Of a stretch of DNA of 64,000 bases, positions 38,151 to 47,054 are shown one piece after another; within the stretch, counting starts at the first letter, position 1, and each line of letters opens with the position of its first letter. Source of the stretch: an uncultured Desulfobulbaceae bacterium (GTDB lineage Bacteria > Desulfobacterota > Desulfobulbia > Desulfobulbales > BM004); the NCBI GenBank assembly GCA_945787325.1, contig CALZHP010000003.1, forward strand, positions 6,070 to 70,069. Reading direction: 5' to 3'. The notes below the pieces were generated by a model, which searched no databases, was not told the DNA's origin, and saw only the letters and a program-made list of their open reading frames with translations. The translations under genes and the position numbers were made by a program.

Positions 38151-40721
38151 ATGAGCAAAGATATTTCTTCAGAAGACATTGAAATAATTCAAGACTTTAT
38201 CCAAGAAAGTCATGACATGCTTGATCAATTGGAACCAACGATTATTGAACTTGGTGAGAGTTGTCAAAGTGTGAACTGCTGGGAAATCCTTAAGTGTGAA
38301 AGTGATGACTGCCACCGACAAGGAAAAGAAATAGATATTCCCTGCTGGCTGCACACCGGTTATGTGGGAAACGGTCTTGGTATATGTACCCACGGCAGTT
38401 CTGAGGCCGAATGTCTGTCTTGCCAGGTCTTTGTAATGACAAACGGAGATACTGAAACAATGAACGCCATATTCCGTTTGTTTCATTCAATGAAAGGGAG
38501 TGCCGGGTTCCTTGAGTTCGACAATATTTCTCGCAGCGCGCATGCGGCTGAAAACCTGCTGGATTTGATCCGTTCCGGCAACATTCAAATGGTGCCAGAA
38601 CATGTTGATCTTCTCTGCAAAGCATGTGACTTTGCCAATGAAGCTCTCGACTACGTAGAGGAACATTTTAACGACGAAGGTATGGCTGAAAAAGCAGAAG
38701 AAATTACTTCCCTTCTTAGAGATGCTATTGAAGATGCTCAAAACAGGGCAAAATTTATTCAGGAAGATACTGTTCAACAAGGCAAGAAAAACGATACCCA
38801 TAGCTCTGATGAAAAAGCATCTGCTTCTGAAGAGTCTGAGCCAGATCAGCAGGATCTGATTGGTCCGGAAATGATAGAGACATTCGTGCTTGATGCTGAA
38901 GATTTACTCAGAAGGGTAGAGCTGAATCTTTTAAAATTAATTGAACAGCCGAGCGATGAGATCATTTTAGCAGATCTTTTCAGAGAGATGCACACTTTTA
39001 AAGGGAATTGCGGATTCCTAAACCTTGGAGACTTTGAGAGATTAAGCCACAAGGTAGAAAGTGTACTTGGGGAATATAAGGAAGGAGATGTCCTAACAGA
39101 TAGTGATTCCACTCAACTTCTCATCAATATTGTAGATACAATGCAATCTGGTGTTGCCGATTTTTCTTCTGATGGCGATGGTACAATAGATCAGTTGGAA
39201 ATGCATCTCAAGTCGTTGGACGACCTTCTTCAAAAAATAAGCAATGCCCCCCCTCCAATACCAGATGATGCACCACGCCTGGGTGAATTGCTCGTAGAAA
39301 AAGGAATTATTAATTTTGAAGATATCGAAGAGGCACTGGAAGAACAGCAGAAACCTCTTGGAGATATCTTGATTGATATGGGGAAGGTTACTCCCGAGCT
39401 GATAACAACTACTCTAAAAGAACAACATAAAATTATTTCGCAGGATGCAGATAAAAAAGGGAAACCGAAGCCAAGATCTTTACCTGTAAAACGCCAAGAC
39501 ATAAGAGTTGATCTTGAAAAGCTCGACAACCTAATAAATCTTATCGGCGAGATGGTTATCGCCGAAAACATGTTAGTTCACAACCCCGATCTGGAAGGAA
39601 TGGAGTTGGAGAACTTCAATAAGGCCGCCCAACAGATGGGTAAGCTTGTCCGTGAGCTGCAGGAGATGGCCATGATAATCAGGATGATTCCTGTGTCGGG
39701 TCTATTCAGGCGAATGATTCGTCTGGTTCACGATCTGTCTACAAAGTCTGGGAAAAAGGTAGATCTGCAGCTTGCAGGTGAAGAAACAGAGATAGATAAA
39801 ACTGTCATAGAAACAATCACGGATCCCCTTGTCCATTTGTTGCGTAATTCTTTGGACCACGGTCTAGAACCTCCGGAAGAAAGAAACAAGGCGGGAAAAC
39901 CTGAAATAGGTGTACTTATCTTGTCGGCAAGACATGAAGAAGGCGAGGTCTGGATTACCCTGGAAGATGACGGCAGGGGACTTAACCGTGAAAAGATTAT
40001 CGCAAAAGCAATAAAGAACGGATTATTAGAAGAAGAATCTCCAGATTTGAGCGACAAGGAGGTTTATAATCTTATTTTTCAGCCGGGATTTTCAACTGCT
40101 GAAGTGATAACAAATGTATCTGGCCGTGGTGTGGGGATGGATGTTGTAAAGCAGAATCTTAACAAAATAAGAGGTAAGGTTGAGGTTCAGAGTAAACCCG
40201 GACGCGGCACTAAAATAACCCTTCGTATTCCCCTTACCCTGGCTATTATCGACGGAATGCTCGTTCGCGTAGGGTTATCTAAGTGTATTCTTCCCATCCT
40301 GAATATCCGGGAGGCTTTTTGTCCAAAAAGCAGTTCGATAACAATTACCCCAGATGGTGAAGAGATTGTTCGTGTCCGGGAAAACTTTTTTCCTGTCATA
40401 AGACTTCATGAAATTCTAGGTAAAGAACCGGACTGTATGGAGCTTGAGAAAGGAATTCTGATTGTTCTTGAGTATCAGGACAATAGCGCCTGCCTGTTCG
40501 TGGATGAAATAATGGGGCAGCAGCAGACGGTTATTAAGGGGTTGTCAGATTATATTGGCAGCATTCCAGTTATTTCAGGTTGTACTATCCTCGGCAACGG
40601 GCAAGTCTGTCTCATTCTTGACACTGGTAACCTGGTTGAACTGAAAGAAGGAAGTGAGCATGCCGCTGCACTGCAGGAACTGGCCCAACAACAAAGTGCG
40701 GCCGAACAGGCTGCTAATTAA
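38151..40721 (+). CDS. cheA: Chemotaxis histidine kinase CheA, non-canonical: Hpt(with Cys-rich insert)-Hpt-MshEN-like-P3-P4-P5
   Basis: It carries two Hpt phospho-His boxes, FRLFHSMKGSAGF (H112) and FREMHTFKGNCGF (H281). The dimerisation segment is DIRVDLEKLDNLINLIGEMVI. The HATPase region has the N box HLLRNSLDHG, G1 DDGRG and G2 GRGVGMD. The C-terminus is CheW-like. Confidence 0.93.
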   Translation: MSKDISSEDIEIIQDFIQESHDMLDQLEPTIIELGESCQSVNCWEILKCESDDCHRQGKEIDIPCWLHTGYVGNGLGICTHGSSEAECLSCQVFVMTNGDTETMNAIFRLFHSMKGSAGFLEFDNISRSAHAAENLLDLIRSGNIQMVPEHVDLLCKACDFANEALDYVEEHFNDEGMAEKAEEITSLLRDAIEDAQNRAKFIQEDTVQQGKKNDTHSSDEKASASEESEPDQQDLIGPEMIETFVLDAEDLLRRVELNLLKLIEQPSDEIILADLFREMHTFKGNCGFLNLGDFERLSHKVESVLGEYKEGDVLTDSDSTQLLINIVDTMQSGVADFSSDGDGTIDQLEMHLKSLDDLLQKISNAPPPIPDDAPRLGELLVEKGIINFEDIEEALEEQQKPLGDILIDMGKVTPELITTTLKEQHKIISQDADKKGKPKPRSLPVKRQDIRVDLEKLDNLINLIGEMVIAENMLVHNPDLEGMELENFNKAAQQMGKLVRELQEMAMIIRMIPVSGLFRRMIRLVHDLSTKSGKKVDLQLAGEETEIDKTVIETITDPLVHLLRNSLDHGLEPPEERNKAGKPEIGVLILSARHEEGEVWITLEDDGRGLNREKIIAKAIKNGLLEEESPDLSDKEVYNLIFQPGFSTAEVITNVSGRGVGMDVVKQNLNKIRGKVEVQSKPGRGTKITLRIPLTLAIIDGMLVRVGLSKCILPILNIREAFCPKSSSITITPDGEEIVRVRENFFPVIRLHEILGKEPDCMELEKGILIVLEYQDNSACLFVDEIMGQQQTVIKGLSDYIGSIPVISGCTILGNGQVCLILDTGNLVELKEGSEHAAALQELAQQQSAAEQAAN

Positions 40722-40915
40722 CGGGAAATGACCAATTAGAAATCAATTGAAGCAGGCTTAAGTCAATCAGTTTGGGGAAGTACTTAATTTAAAATCAATG
40801 GAATAACTGATAGACAGCTGTAGCCGAGAATTCAGGGGGGGAGGACCCCCAAATGCATTATTGTGGTCGTTCAGAAAAACTGCAATAAATGCGTAAAATT
40901 CAAGGGAGGATTTCG

Positions 40916-41710
40916 ATGAGTAAAAGAGTTATGAAATTGTTTTTTGTTACTATGAGTTTGGTCCTGTTTTTTTCCTATTCCGCAAATGCTGCAGAGGTCC
41001 TGTTGTGGGGGTCAACTACCTGTCAGAAGCGTTTTCTGGAGCCTGGCAAGGAAGCGCTCAATAATGCTACAGGAGTTAACATCAAGGTTTTTGGGGTTGG
41101 TACAGGTAAGGGAATGCTTGCCCTTTTTGAAGGAAAGACCAATGTGGCAATTTCTTCGAATACCTTGGATGAGAGTGTTAAATCCGCCCAGAAGGTTCGA
41201 AAAAAAACAGGCAAGGAGCCTGTGGAAGTGCCAGAAGGACTTCAGTATCATGAGATAACCAAAGACGTCATTGTCCCTATAGTACACAAAGAAAACACTG
41301 TCAATAAACTGAGCTGGGAACAGCTGGCAGATCTGAACACCGGTAAAATCACCAACTGGAAAGATGTCGGTGGCCCAGATATGTCTGTTCAGGTTGTAAC
41401 AAGCCATGCCGGCAGTTCAACAAAAGCAGTATTCCGGAAGATGGTCATGAAGAAGGCAGAGTATGATGCCGGTGCAATCGAGGTAAAAAGCACCAGGTTG
41501 GAGATAAACAAAGTATCCAAAAATAAAGGTGGTGTAGGTGCTGTCAGTAGCGGTTTTCATACGCTGAATCCCGGCAAAACAAAAGTAGTTGAAACAAACA
41601 CGATTCAGAGACCTCTCGGTCTTGTAACAATTGGTGATCCGGCTCCTGATGTACAGAAAATAATTGATTTTTTTCGTTCAGCAGAAGGCAAGAAACATAT
41701 ACTAGATTAA
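40916..41710 (+). CDS. Periplasmic substrate-binding protein, PstS/PBP-like-2 family
   Basis: Signal peptide ...LVLFFSYSANA|AE, then ...LLWGSTTCQKRFLEPGKEAL...IKVFGVGTGKGMLALFEGKTNVAISSNTL..., the pattern of phosphate-type type-2 binding proteins. There is a strong SD (GGGAGGA) before the ATG at 40916. Confidence 0.8.
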   Translation: MSKRVMKLFFVTMSLVLFFSYSANAAEVLLWGSTTCQKRFLEPGKEALNNATGVNIKVFGVGTGKGMLALFEGKTNVAISSNTLDESVKSAQKVRKKTGKEPVEVPEGLQYHEITKDVIVPIVHKENTVNKLSWEQLADLNTGKITNWKDVGGPDMSVQVVTSHAGSSTKAVFRKMVMKKAEYDAGAIEVKSTRLEINKVSKNKGGVGAVSSGFHTLNPGKTKVVETNTIQRPLGLVTIGDPAPDVQKIIDFFRSAEGKKHILD

Positions 41711-41769
41711 GGCCGAAATTGCGGAAAATGTAGTAATCTTTAGTGTTTTTGATAGTTACAATTATGATA

Positions 41770-41813
41770 GTTGATGCCTGCTTCGATACGATCCGTTTGA
41801 AGCAGGCATCAAC
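41770..41813 (+). other. Perfect 15-bp inverted repeat (stem-loop) between the binding-protein gene and mcp
   Basis: GTTGATGCCTGCTTC-(14 nt)-GAAGCAGGCATCAAC. No T-run follows, so this may be an attenuator, an mRNA stability element or a protein-binding palindrome. Confidence 0.5.
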
Positions 41814-41911
41814 AAGCGATTCAAAATATATCGAACGAGTGTGGCAGTTTACTCAGAAAGTCATCGGCAAAAAAACTTGGGATAGTTGGAAAACCTGATA
41901 GCGAGGAAGGC

Positions 41912-44356
41912 ATGAAGAATAGTTGGAAGCTAAACATTCAGGAGAAATTGATCGGTGGTTTCGGCATTGTTGCGTTTGTATGCGCTACTGTGGGCTATGT
42001 CGGGTGGTATGGGGCTTCTAAATTAGAAGAAAATATCGTTGTAACCGGTGAAGTCAGTGTACCTTCTTTGCAGGCAGTAATGAACCTTAAAGAAGCGCAG
42101 CTTTCTATTAAGGCATCTGGGCGAACTCTTCTTAACCCATCTCTTTCAGTTGAAAATAAGGCTAAAGAATACGCGGATATTGATGCCGCTTTCTCAAGGG
42201 CAAACAGCGCGCTTGAAATGTACGAAGCCCTTGACATCGATGGTAGTGAGAAAGCTTTGTGGCAAAATTTTCTGGCCAGCTGGAGTGAATGGAAAATGAG
42301 TATTGAAAATTTTATTACTCTCAGCAAGAAGAATGATGCATTAAATATCCACAACCCCCAAAAACTGATCAGCGATATAGAGAGAAATTTTGGTGAATAC
42401 AGAACCTGGGCCGCTGAAAGTGTAAAAGCTGTCCTCGAAAACAGTGAATTCTCAGGTAACCTGGACCCGGATAAATCACCCTTCGGGATATGGTTGTCAT
42501 CACTACAGGTCGATAACCAGGTTGTTCAGGAAGCTGTCATCAAACTAAAAAATCAGTTGATCAGTGTATATTCTTCGGTTGGTTCAATTGCAGATTTTTT
42601 ATCAATTGAAGAATATGAACTGGCCAAGGAAGTATATGTTTCAGAGGTGCTGCCAAGTATAGAAAGTATTCAGATCTATGTAGATAACCTCATGGCACCT
42701 ATTGAAGAATCCCTGGATCTATATGAGGAGATGGCTGTTTATGAGCGTGAAACCTTCTCAATATCACTGGCAAAAACAGAAAAACTCTTGAATCAGGTTG
42801 TGATGAAGACCAACGCAAAAGTCGCGGAAGATGTGAATGAAGGCCGTGCATTTGCTGGTAATATTACAATGGCTCAAATTGTTGTGGCAATGCTTGGTGC
42901 AATAGCAGCTTTTGTGTTTGGTTTTTTTCTTGCCCGCCATATAATTATTCCCATTAAAAAGGCTATTGGTGTTATAAGCAAGCTTTCACAGGGTAATACA
43001 GATGTGACTATGCCGGTTGGCAAATTTTTTAATTGTTCTGAAGAGAAAAAATGCGGTCATGAGGATTGTCCAAGTTATGGCAAAGTTGACCCCTGCTGGG
43101 TAACAAGTGGTTCTTTTGCGGCAATAAAACATTGTCCTCGAGCGAAAAGCGGTGAAGATTGCCGCTCATGTAATTTGTATGGCAAGCGCACTGAACTTGA
43201 AGAGCTGGGTTCAATTATCATGGCATTATCAAATATTATAAAAGAACGGGAAAATCTGGCGCTTGCAATTGCCGAGGGTGATCTGAATAAAGAAGTGGAA
43301 GTTGCATCTGACAATGATACACTCGGCAAAGCTCTCAAATTGATGCAGGATAGTCTCAGCGATATTATCGGCAAGGTCCAAATGGCGGGAGAGCAAATAG
43401 CTAACGGTTCTACTCAGATTTCCGGTTCCAGCCAGTCTCTTTCTGAAGGAGCGACCAAGTCTGCTGCGTCGCTTGAAGAGATGACCACGTCCATGTCGCA
43501 AATGGGCACGCAAACCAAGCGAACCGCCAAGCACGCAATTGAGGCTAATGATCTTTCCGAACAATCCAAAAATGCTGCCGAGGATGGTAATCAGCGAATG
43601 GCCGACATGGTTGAAGCCATGAAACAGATAAGTGCATCCAGCCAGAGTATCTCAAAGATAATAAAAGTGATTGATGAGATCGCTTTTCAGACAAATCTAC
43701 TTGCTTTGAACGCGGCTGTGGAAGCTGCGCGAGCAGGGCGGCATGGCAAAGGTTTTGCAGTAGTGGCTGAAGAGGTAAGGAACCTTGCTGCGCGAAGTGC
43801 CAAAGCTGCGCGGGAAACAGCTGACTTAATAGAGGGGTCAGTAAAAAGAACTGATAATGGTGCTGAAATAGCAGGTAAAACTGAGGATGCCCTGTTGGAT
43901 ATAGTGGGCAAAACCTCAAAGGTGTCTGACATTGTTGCAGAAATAGCGTCATTGTCTAACCAGCAGGCCCAGGGGATAGATCAGGTAAATTTGGGTTTGG
44001 AGCAGGTGGATAAAGTTACCCATGAAAATACAACCACTGCTGAAGAAGGAGCAGCCGCCGCTGAAGAGTTGTCCTCCCAGGCAAATCACCTGTATAATAT
44101 GTTACGGCATTTCAAACTTAAGGAAAATTATCGGAATAAAATCAGGACTGAACAGCCACAGCAATTAGAACCTTTAGAGGAGGTTCGGAATAATGACCAT
44201 AATGAACAGCCGCAGCTGATTGAACCTGTAAAGAAGGCGGTTGAAACATGGGGTGTGAATAGCGAGGAACCTGAAGAAAGTAATGAGTTTAAAGATGAAC
44301 CCCGTTTTCAGGATGATTTTATAGCGTTGGATGATAACGAATTTGGTAAGTACTAA
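41912..44356 (+). CDS. Methyl-accepting chemotaxis protein with a Cys-rich module inserted in its HAMP domain
   Basis: It has TM1, a periplasmic region of about 290 aa, and TM2 ([24 protein letters not shown]). The split HAMP is followed by a signalling domain, ...[44 protein letters not shown]... The C-terminus is a long acidic tail. Confidence 0.93.
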   Translation: MKNSWKLNIQEKLIGGFGIVAFVCATVGYVGWYGASKLEENIVVTGEVSVPSLQAVMNLKEAQLSIKASGRTLLNPSLSVENKAKEYADIDAAFSRANSALEMYEALDIDGSEKALWQNFLASWSEWKMSIENFITLSKKNDALNIHNPQKLISDIERNFGEYRTWAAESVKAVLENSEFSGNLDPDKSPFGIWLSSLQVDNQVVQEAVIKLKNQLISVYSSVGSIADFLSIEEYELAKEVYVSEVLPSIESIQIYVDNLMAPIEESLDLYEEMAVYERETFSISLAKTEKLLNQVVMKTNAKVAEDVNEGRAFAGNITMAQIVVAMLGAIAAFVFGFFLARHIIIPIKKAIGVISKLSQGNTDVTMPVGKFFNCSEEKKCGHEDCPSYGKVDPCWVTSGSFAAIKHCPRAKSGEDCRSCNLYGKRTELEELGSIIMALSNIIKERENLALAIAEGDLNKEVEVASDNDTLGKALKLMQDSLSDIIGKVQMAGEQIANGSTQISGSSQSLSEGATKSAASLEEMTTSMSQMGTQTKRTAKHAIEANDLSEQSKNAAEDGNQRMADMVEAMKQISASSQSISKIIKVIDEIAFQTNLLALNAAVEAARAGRHGKGFAVVAEEVRNLAARSAKAARETADLIEGSVKRTDNGAEIAGKTEDALLDIVGKTSKVSDIVAEIASLSNQQAQGIDQVNLGLEQVDKVTHENTTTAEEGAAAAEELSSQANHLYNMLRHFKLKENYRNKIRTEQPQQLEPLEEVRNNDHNEQPQLIEPVKKAVETWGVNSEEPEESNEFKDEPRFQDDFIALDDNEFGKY

Positions 44357-44485
44357 TTATATAGCGGAAGTGAACAACATAATTTAATAATAATGCTACA
44401 TAAGTCAAAGGATCGTAAACCATGAATATAAAGTGATTGTAGACTTAATATTCGATTATGCAGGACATGTTTGAGAGGAGTAAAT

Positions 44486-45010
44486 ATGGTGCAATATACC
44501 AGGGACGAAATGTTGGATGATGATTTTTACGGTGAAGATGAAGATACCCAGAAGGGAAAATTTTTAACATTTCACATGGCGAATGAGGATTATGGAATAG
44601 AGATCAAACATGTTACTGAAATAATTGGAATTCAAAATGTTACGGAAGTGCCGGATATGCCGGACTATGTCCGTGGTGTTATCAATCTGCGCGGCAAAGT
44701 AATACCCATAATGGATGTGCGTACCAGGTTCAAACTTCCCCCCCGGGAATACGACGAGCGCACCTGCATCATTGTTGTCAACATTGATGATAAGTCAGTG
44801 GGACTTGTAGTAGACAAGGTGAATGAGGTCGCGGATATTCCCGATGACCAGATAGAACCGCCTCCCAGGACAAAAAGAGAGGGAGGAGGGTATATCCAGG
44901 GTATGGGTAAGATTGACGAGGAAGTCAAGATACTGCTGGACGTCACTAAGCTACTTTATGAGGATGAACTTGAAGAGCTTGATGCCGTGTCCCAGAATTC
45001 CTCTGAGTAG
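44486..45010 (+). CDS. cheW: Coupling protein CheW
   Basis: ...FLTFHMANEDYGIEIKHVTEIIGIQNVTEVPDMPDYVRGVINLRGKVIPIMDVR... Start at MVQYT, with SD GAGGAG. Confidence 0.9.
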   Translation: MVQYTRDEMLDDDFYGEDEDTQKGKFLTFHMANEDYGIEIKHVTEIIGIQNVTEVPDMPDYVRGVINLRGKVIPIMDVRTRFKLPPREYDERTCIIVVNIDDKSVGLVVDKVNEVADIPDDQIEPPPRTKREGGGYIQGMGKIDEEVKILLDVTKLLYEDELEELDAVSQNSSE

Positions 45011-45149
45011 TAAAAGCAGTAATATATGTTCGTAAAATTGATTATGACAACTTTATAGGTTTGTCATTTATTTCAACTCATATCAATGTTAGAATGTCAC
45101 TATTATTCACAAAGATTGCGGACACTTGTTGTCTGAAAAGCTGAACGGT

Positions 45150-45992
45150 ATGAATGGATATCTGCTTAGCATTTCAGACGAAGAATTCCAATTAATGCGC
45201 TCTTTGATCTATGAGCGTTTCGGTATCAATCTCACCGAACAAAAACGTTCGCTGTTGATCGGGCGTCTCCAGAAGATAATCAAAACATCTGGATTTCATT
45301 CTTTTCAACAGTATTACGAACACATAATTAATTCCCAGAACGAACAGGCCCTCAGTAATCTGATTGACCGTGTTTCAACCAATCATACTTATTTCTACAG
45401 AGAGAAAGACCATTTTGATTACTTTCTTCAAACCGCATTGCCTAATGTCGTATCAAGACTAGAAGCAAAAGGTTCCCGAGAATTGCGAGTGTGGTGCGCC
45501 GGATGCTCGTCAGGTGAAGAACCTTATATGATTCTCATGCTGATGCAGAAATACTTTGGTATGGATTATTTGAAATGGGATGCAGGAGTTTTAGCCACTG
45601 ATATCTCTTTGAGAGCACTGAATACTGCTAAGGCAGGGATTTATAATCAGGAAAAAATCGATATGATTCCTGAGGAGCTCGTAAGTAAACATTTTTATAA
45701 GAGTGGCAAAAGTGAGTGGGTCGTAAAAGATTCATTAAAGAAAGAGGCTACCTTCCGCCGATTTAATTTAATGAATAGTCATTTTCCTTTTAAGAAGCCA
45801 TTTCAAATAATTTTCTGCAGGAATGTGATGATTTATTTTGATCAGCCGACCCGGGACAATCTTGTGAAAAAATTTTATCAATTCACGGATCCGGGTGGAT
45901 ATTTTTTTATCGGCCACTCAGAATCTCTAGGCCGTAGCCATGATCACTACCAATATGTAAAACCGGCCGTTTATCAGAAGAGGTATAAGTAG
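45150..45992 (+). CDS. cheR: Chemoreceptor methyltransferase CheR
   Basis: ...FQLMRSLIYERFGINL... and the SAM-binding VWCAGCSSGEEPY ...IFCRNVMIYFD. The start is uncertain (ATG at 45150 or TTG at 45126). Confidence 0.9.
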   Translation: MNGYLLSISDEEFQLMRSLIYERFGINLTEQKRSLLIGRLQKIIKTSGFHSFQQYYEHIINSQNEQALSNLIDRVSTNHTYFYREKDHFDYFLQTALPNVVSRLEAKGSRELRVWCAGCSSGEEPYMILMLMQKYFGMDYLKWDAGVLATDISLRALNTAKAGIYNQEKIDMIPEELVSKHFYKSGKSEWVVKDSLKKEATFRRFNLMNSHFPFKKPFQIIFCRNVMIYFDQPTRDNLVKKFYQFTDPGGYFFIGHSESLGRSHDHYQYVKPAVYQKRYK

Positions 45993-47054
45993 ATGCTTAA
46001 AAAAATACGTGTTCTTGTTGTTGATGATTCTTTGCTTGTCAGGCAAGTACTTACCAAGGGACTTTCCGCTGATCCAGCTATAGAAGTTGTTGGAGCTGCT
46101 GAAGATCCATATGTTGCCAGGGATAAGATTGTGGAGCTGAAGCCCGATGTCCTGACCCTGGATGTGGAGATGCCCCGCATGAACGGTGTTGATTTCCTTC
46201 GCCGACTAATGGCCCAGCGGCCCATGCCGGTTGTTATGGTAAGTTCTCTTACACAGAAAGGACAAAAAGTTACACTTGATGCTCTGGAGGCGGGTGCAGT
46301 GGATTTCGTTTCCAAACCATCTGTATCCGGTATCAGTGGACTAAGTGGGATGCTGACAGAGTTGCGGGTTAAGGTAAAAACAGCAGTTACGGCAAATCTT
46401 CTTCAGCTCAAAGAGAAAAAAGAACGGGCTCCTCAAGAATCGGTTTCTAAGGACAATGTTAGAGCACTTGCAGAGCTGGCTGGAAAAGTAGTTGCGATAG
46501 GAGCATCGACCGGTGGAACTGAAGCTTTAAATACAATTTTATCGCAGTTTCCGGCAACTATGCCGGGTGTTGTTGTTGTTCAGCATATGCCACCAGGATT
46601 CACCAAGATGTTTGCAGAAAACTTGAATAATGCCTGTGCTATGAAAGTGAAGGAAGCGGAAACAGGTGACAGAATAATGTCTGGACGTATCCTCGTTGCA
46701 CCGGGAGGTGTGCAGACTAAGGTAGTAGAAAAAGGGGGTGTCCTGCAGGTCTCTTGCGGTTCTTCGGAAAAGGTAAGCGGTCATTGCCCTTCTGTAGATG
46801 TAATGATGCAATCAGTAGCAGAAAGCGTTGGGGCAGATGCTGTTGGAGTCATGCTGACTGGAATGGGTAATGATGGTACCAAAGGAATGCTTGCCATGAA
46901 AAATGCCGGAGCTAAAAATATGGCTCAGGATGAAGCATCTTCAGTTGTTTTCGGTATGCCTAAACAGGCTTATGAGGCTGGAGGTGCAAAAGCACTTGTC
47001 CCCCTTAATAGGATATCGGCTAAAATTATCAGTTTTCTCCTGGAGAAACGTTAG
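45993..47054 (+). CDS. cheB: Chemoreceptor methylesterase/response regulator CheB
   Basis: REC domain (VLVVDDS..., DVLTLDVEMPRMNG) plus an esterase domain (IGASTGG..., ...HMPPGFT..., ...GMGNDG). Confidence 0.94.
   Translation: MLKKIRVLVVDDSLLVRQVLTKGLSADPAIEVVGAAEDPYVARDKIVELKPDVLTLDVEMPRMNGVDFLRRLMAQRPMPVVMVSSLTQKGQKVTLDALEAGAVDFVSKPSVSGISGLSGMLTELRVKVKTAVTANLLQLKEKKERAPQESVSKDNVRALAELAGKVVAIGASTGGTEALNTILSQFPATMPGVVVVQHMPPGFTKMFAENLNNACAMKVKEAETGDRIMSGRILVAPGGVQTKVVEKGGVLQVSCGSSEKVSGHCPSVDVMMQSVAESVGADAVGVMLTGMGNDGTKGMLAMKNAGAKNMAQDEASSVVFGMPKQAYEAGGAKALVPLNRISAKIISFLLEKR

Noticed and set aside
38262-38426. Idea that the Cys-rich inserts in CheA and the MCP are c-type heme attachment sites (as in some sulfate-reducer receptors)
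   Set aside because: Neither copy contains CxxCH. The only CxxC pairs are CLSCQ and CRSCN. A metal or Fe-S site is more consistent with seven conserved Cys.
44420-44455. Sigma-28-like sequence upstream of cheW (TAAAG-N17/18-TTCGATTA)
   Set aside because: The -10 deviates at the critical GCCGA positions. The spacing is also longer than at the three good sites. cheW is more simply read through from upstream.
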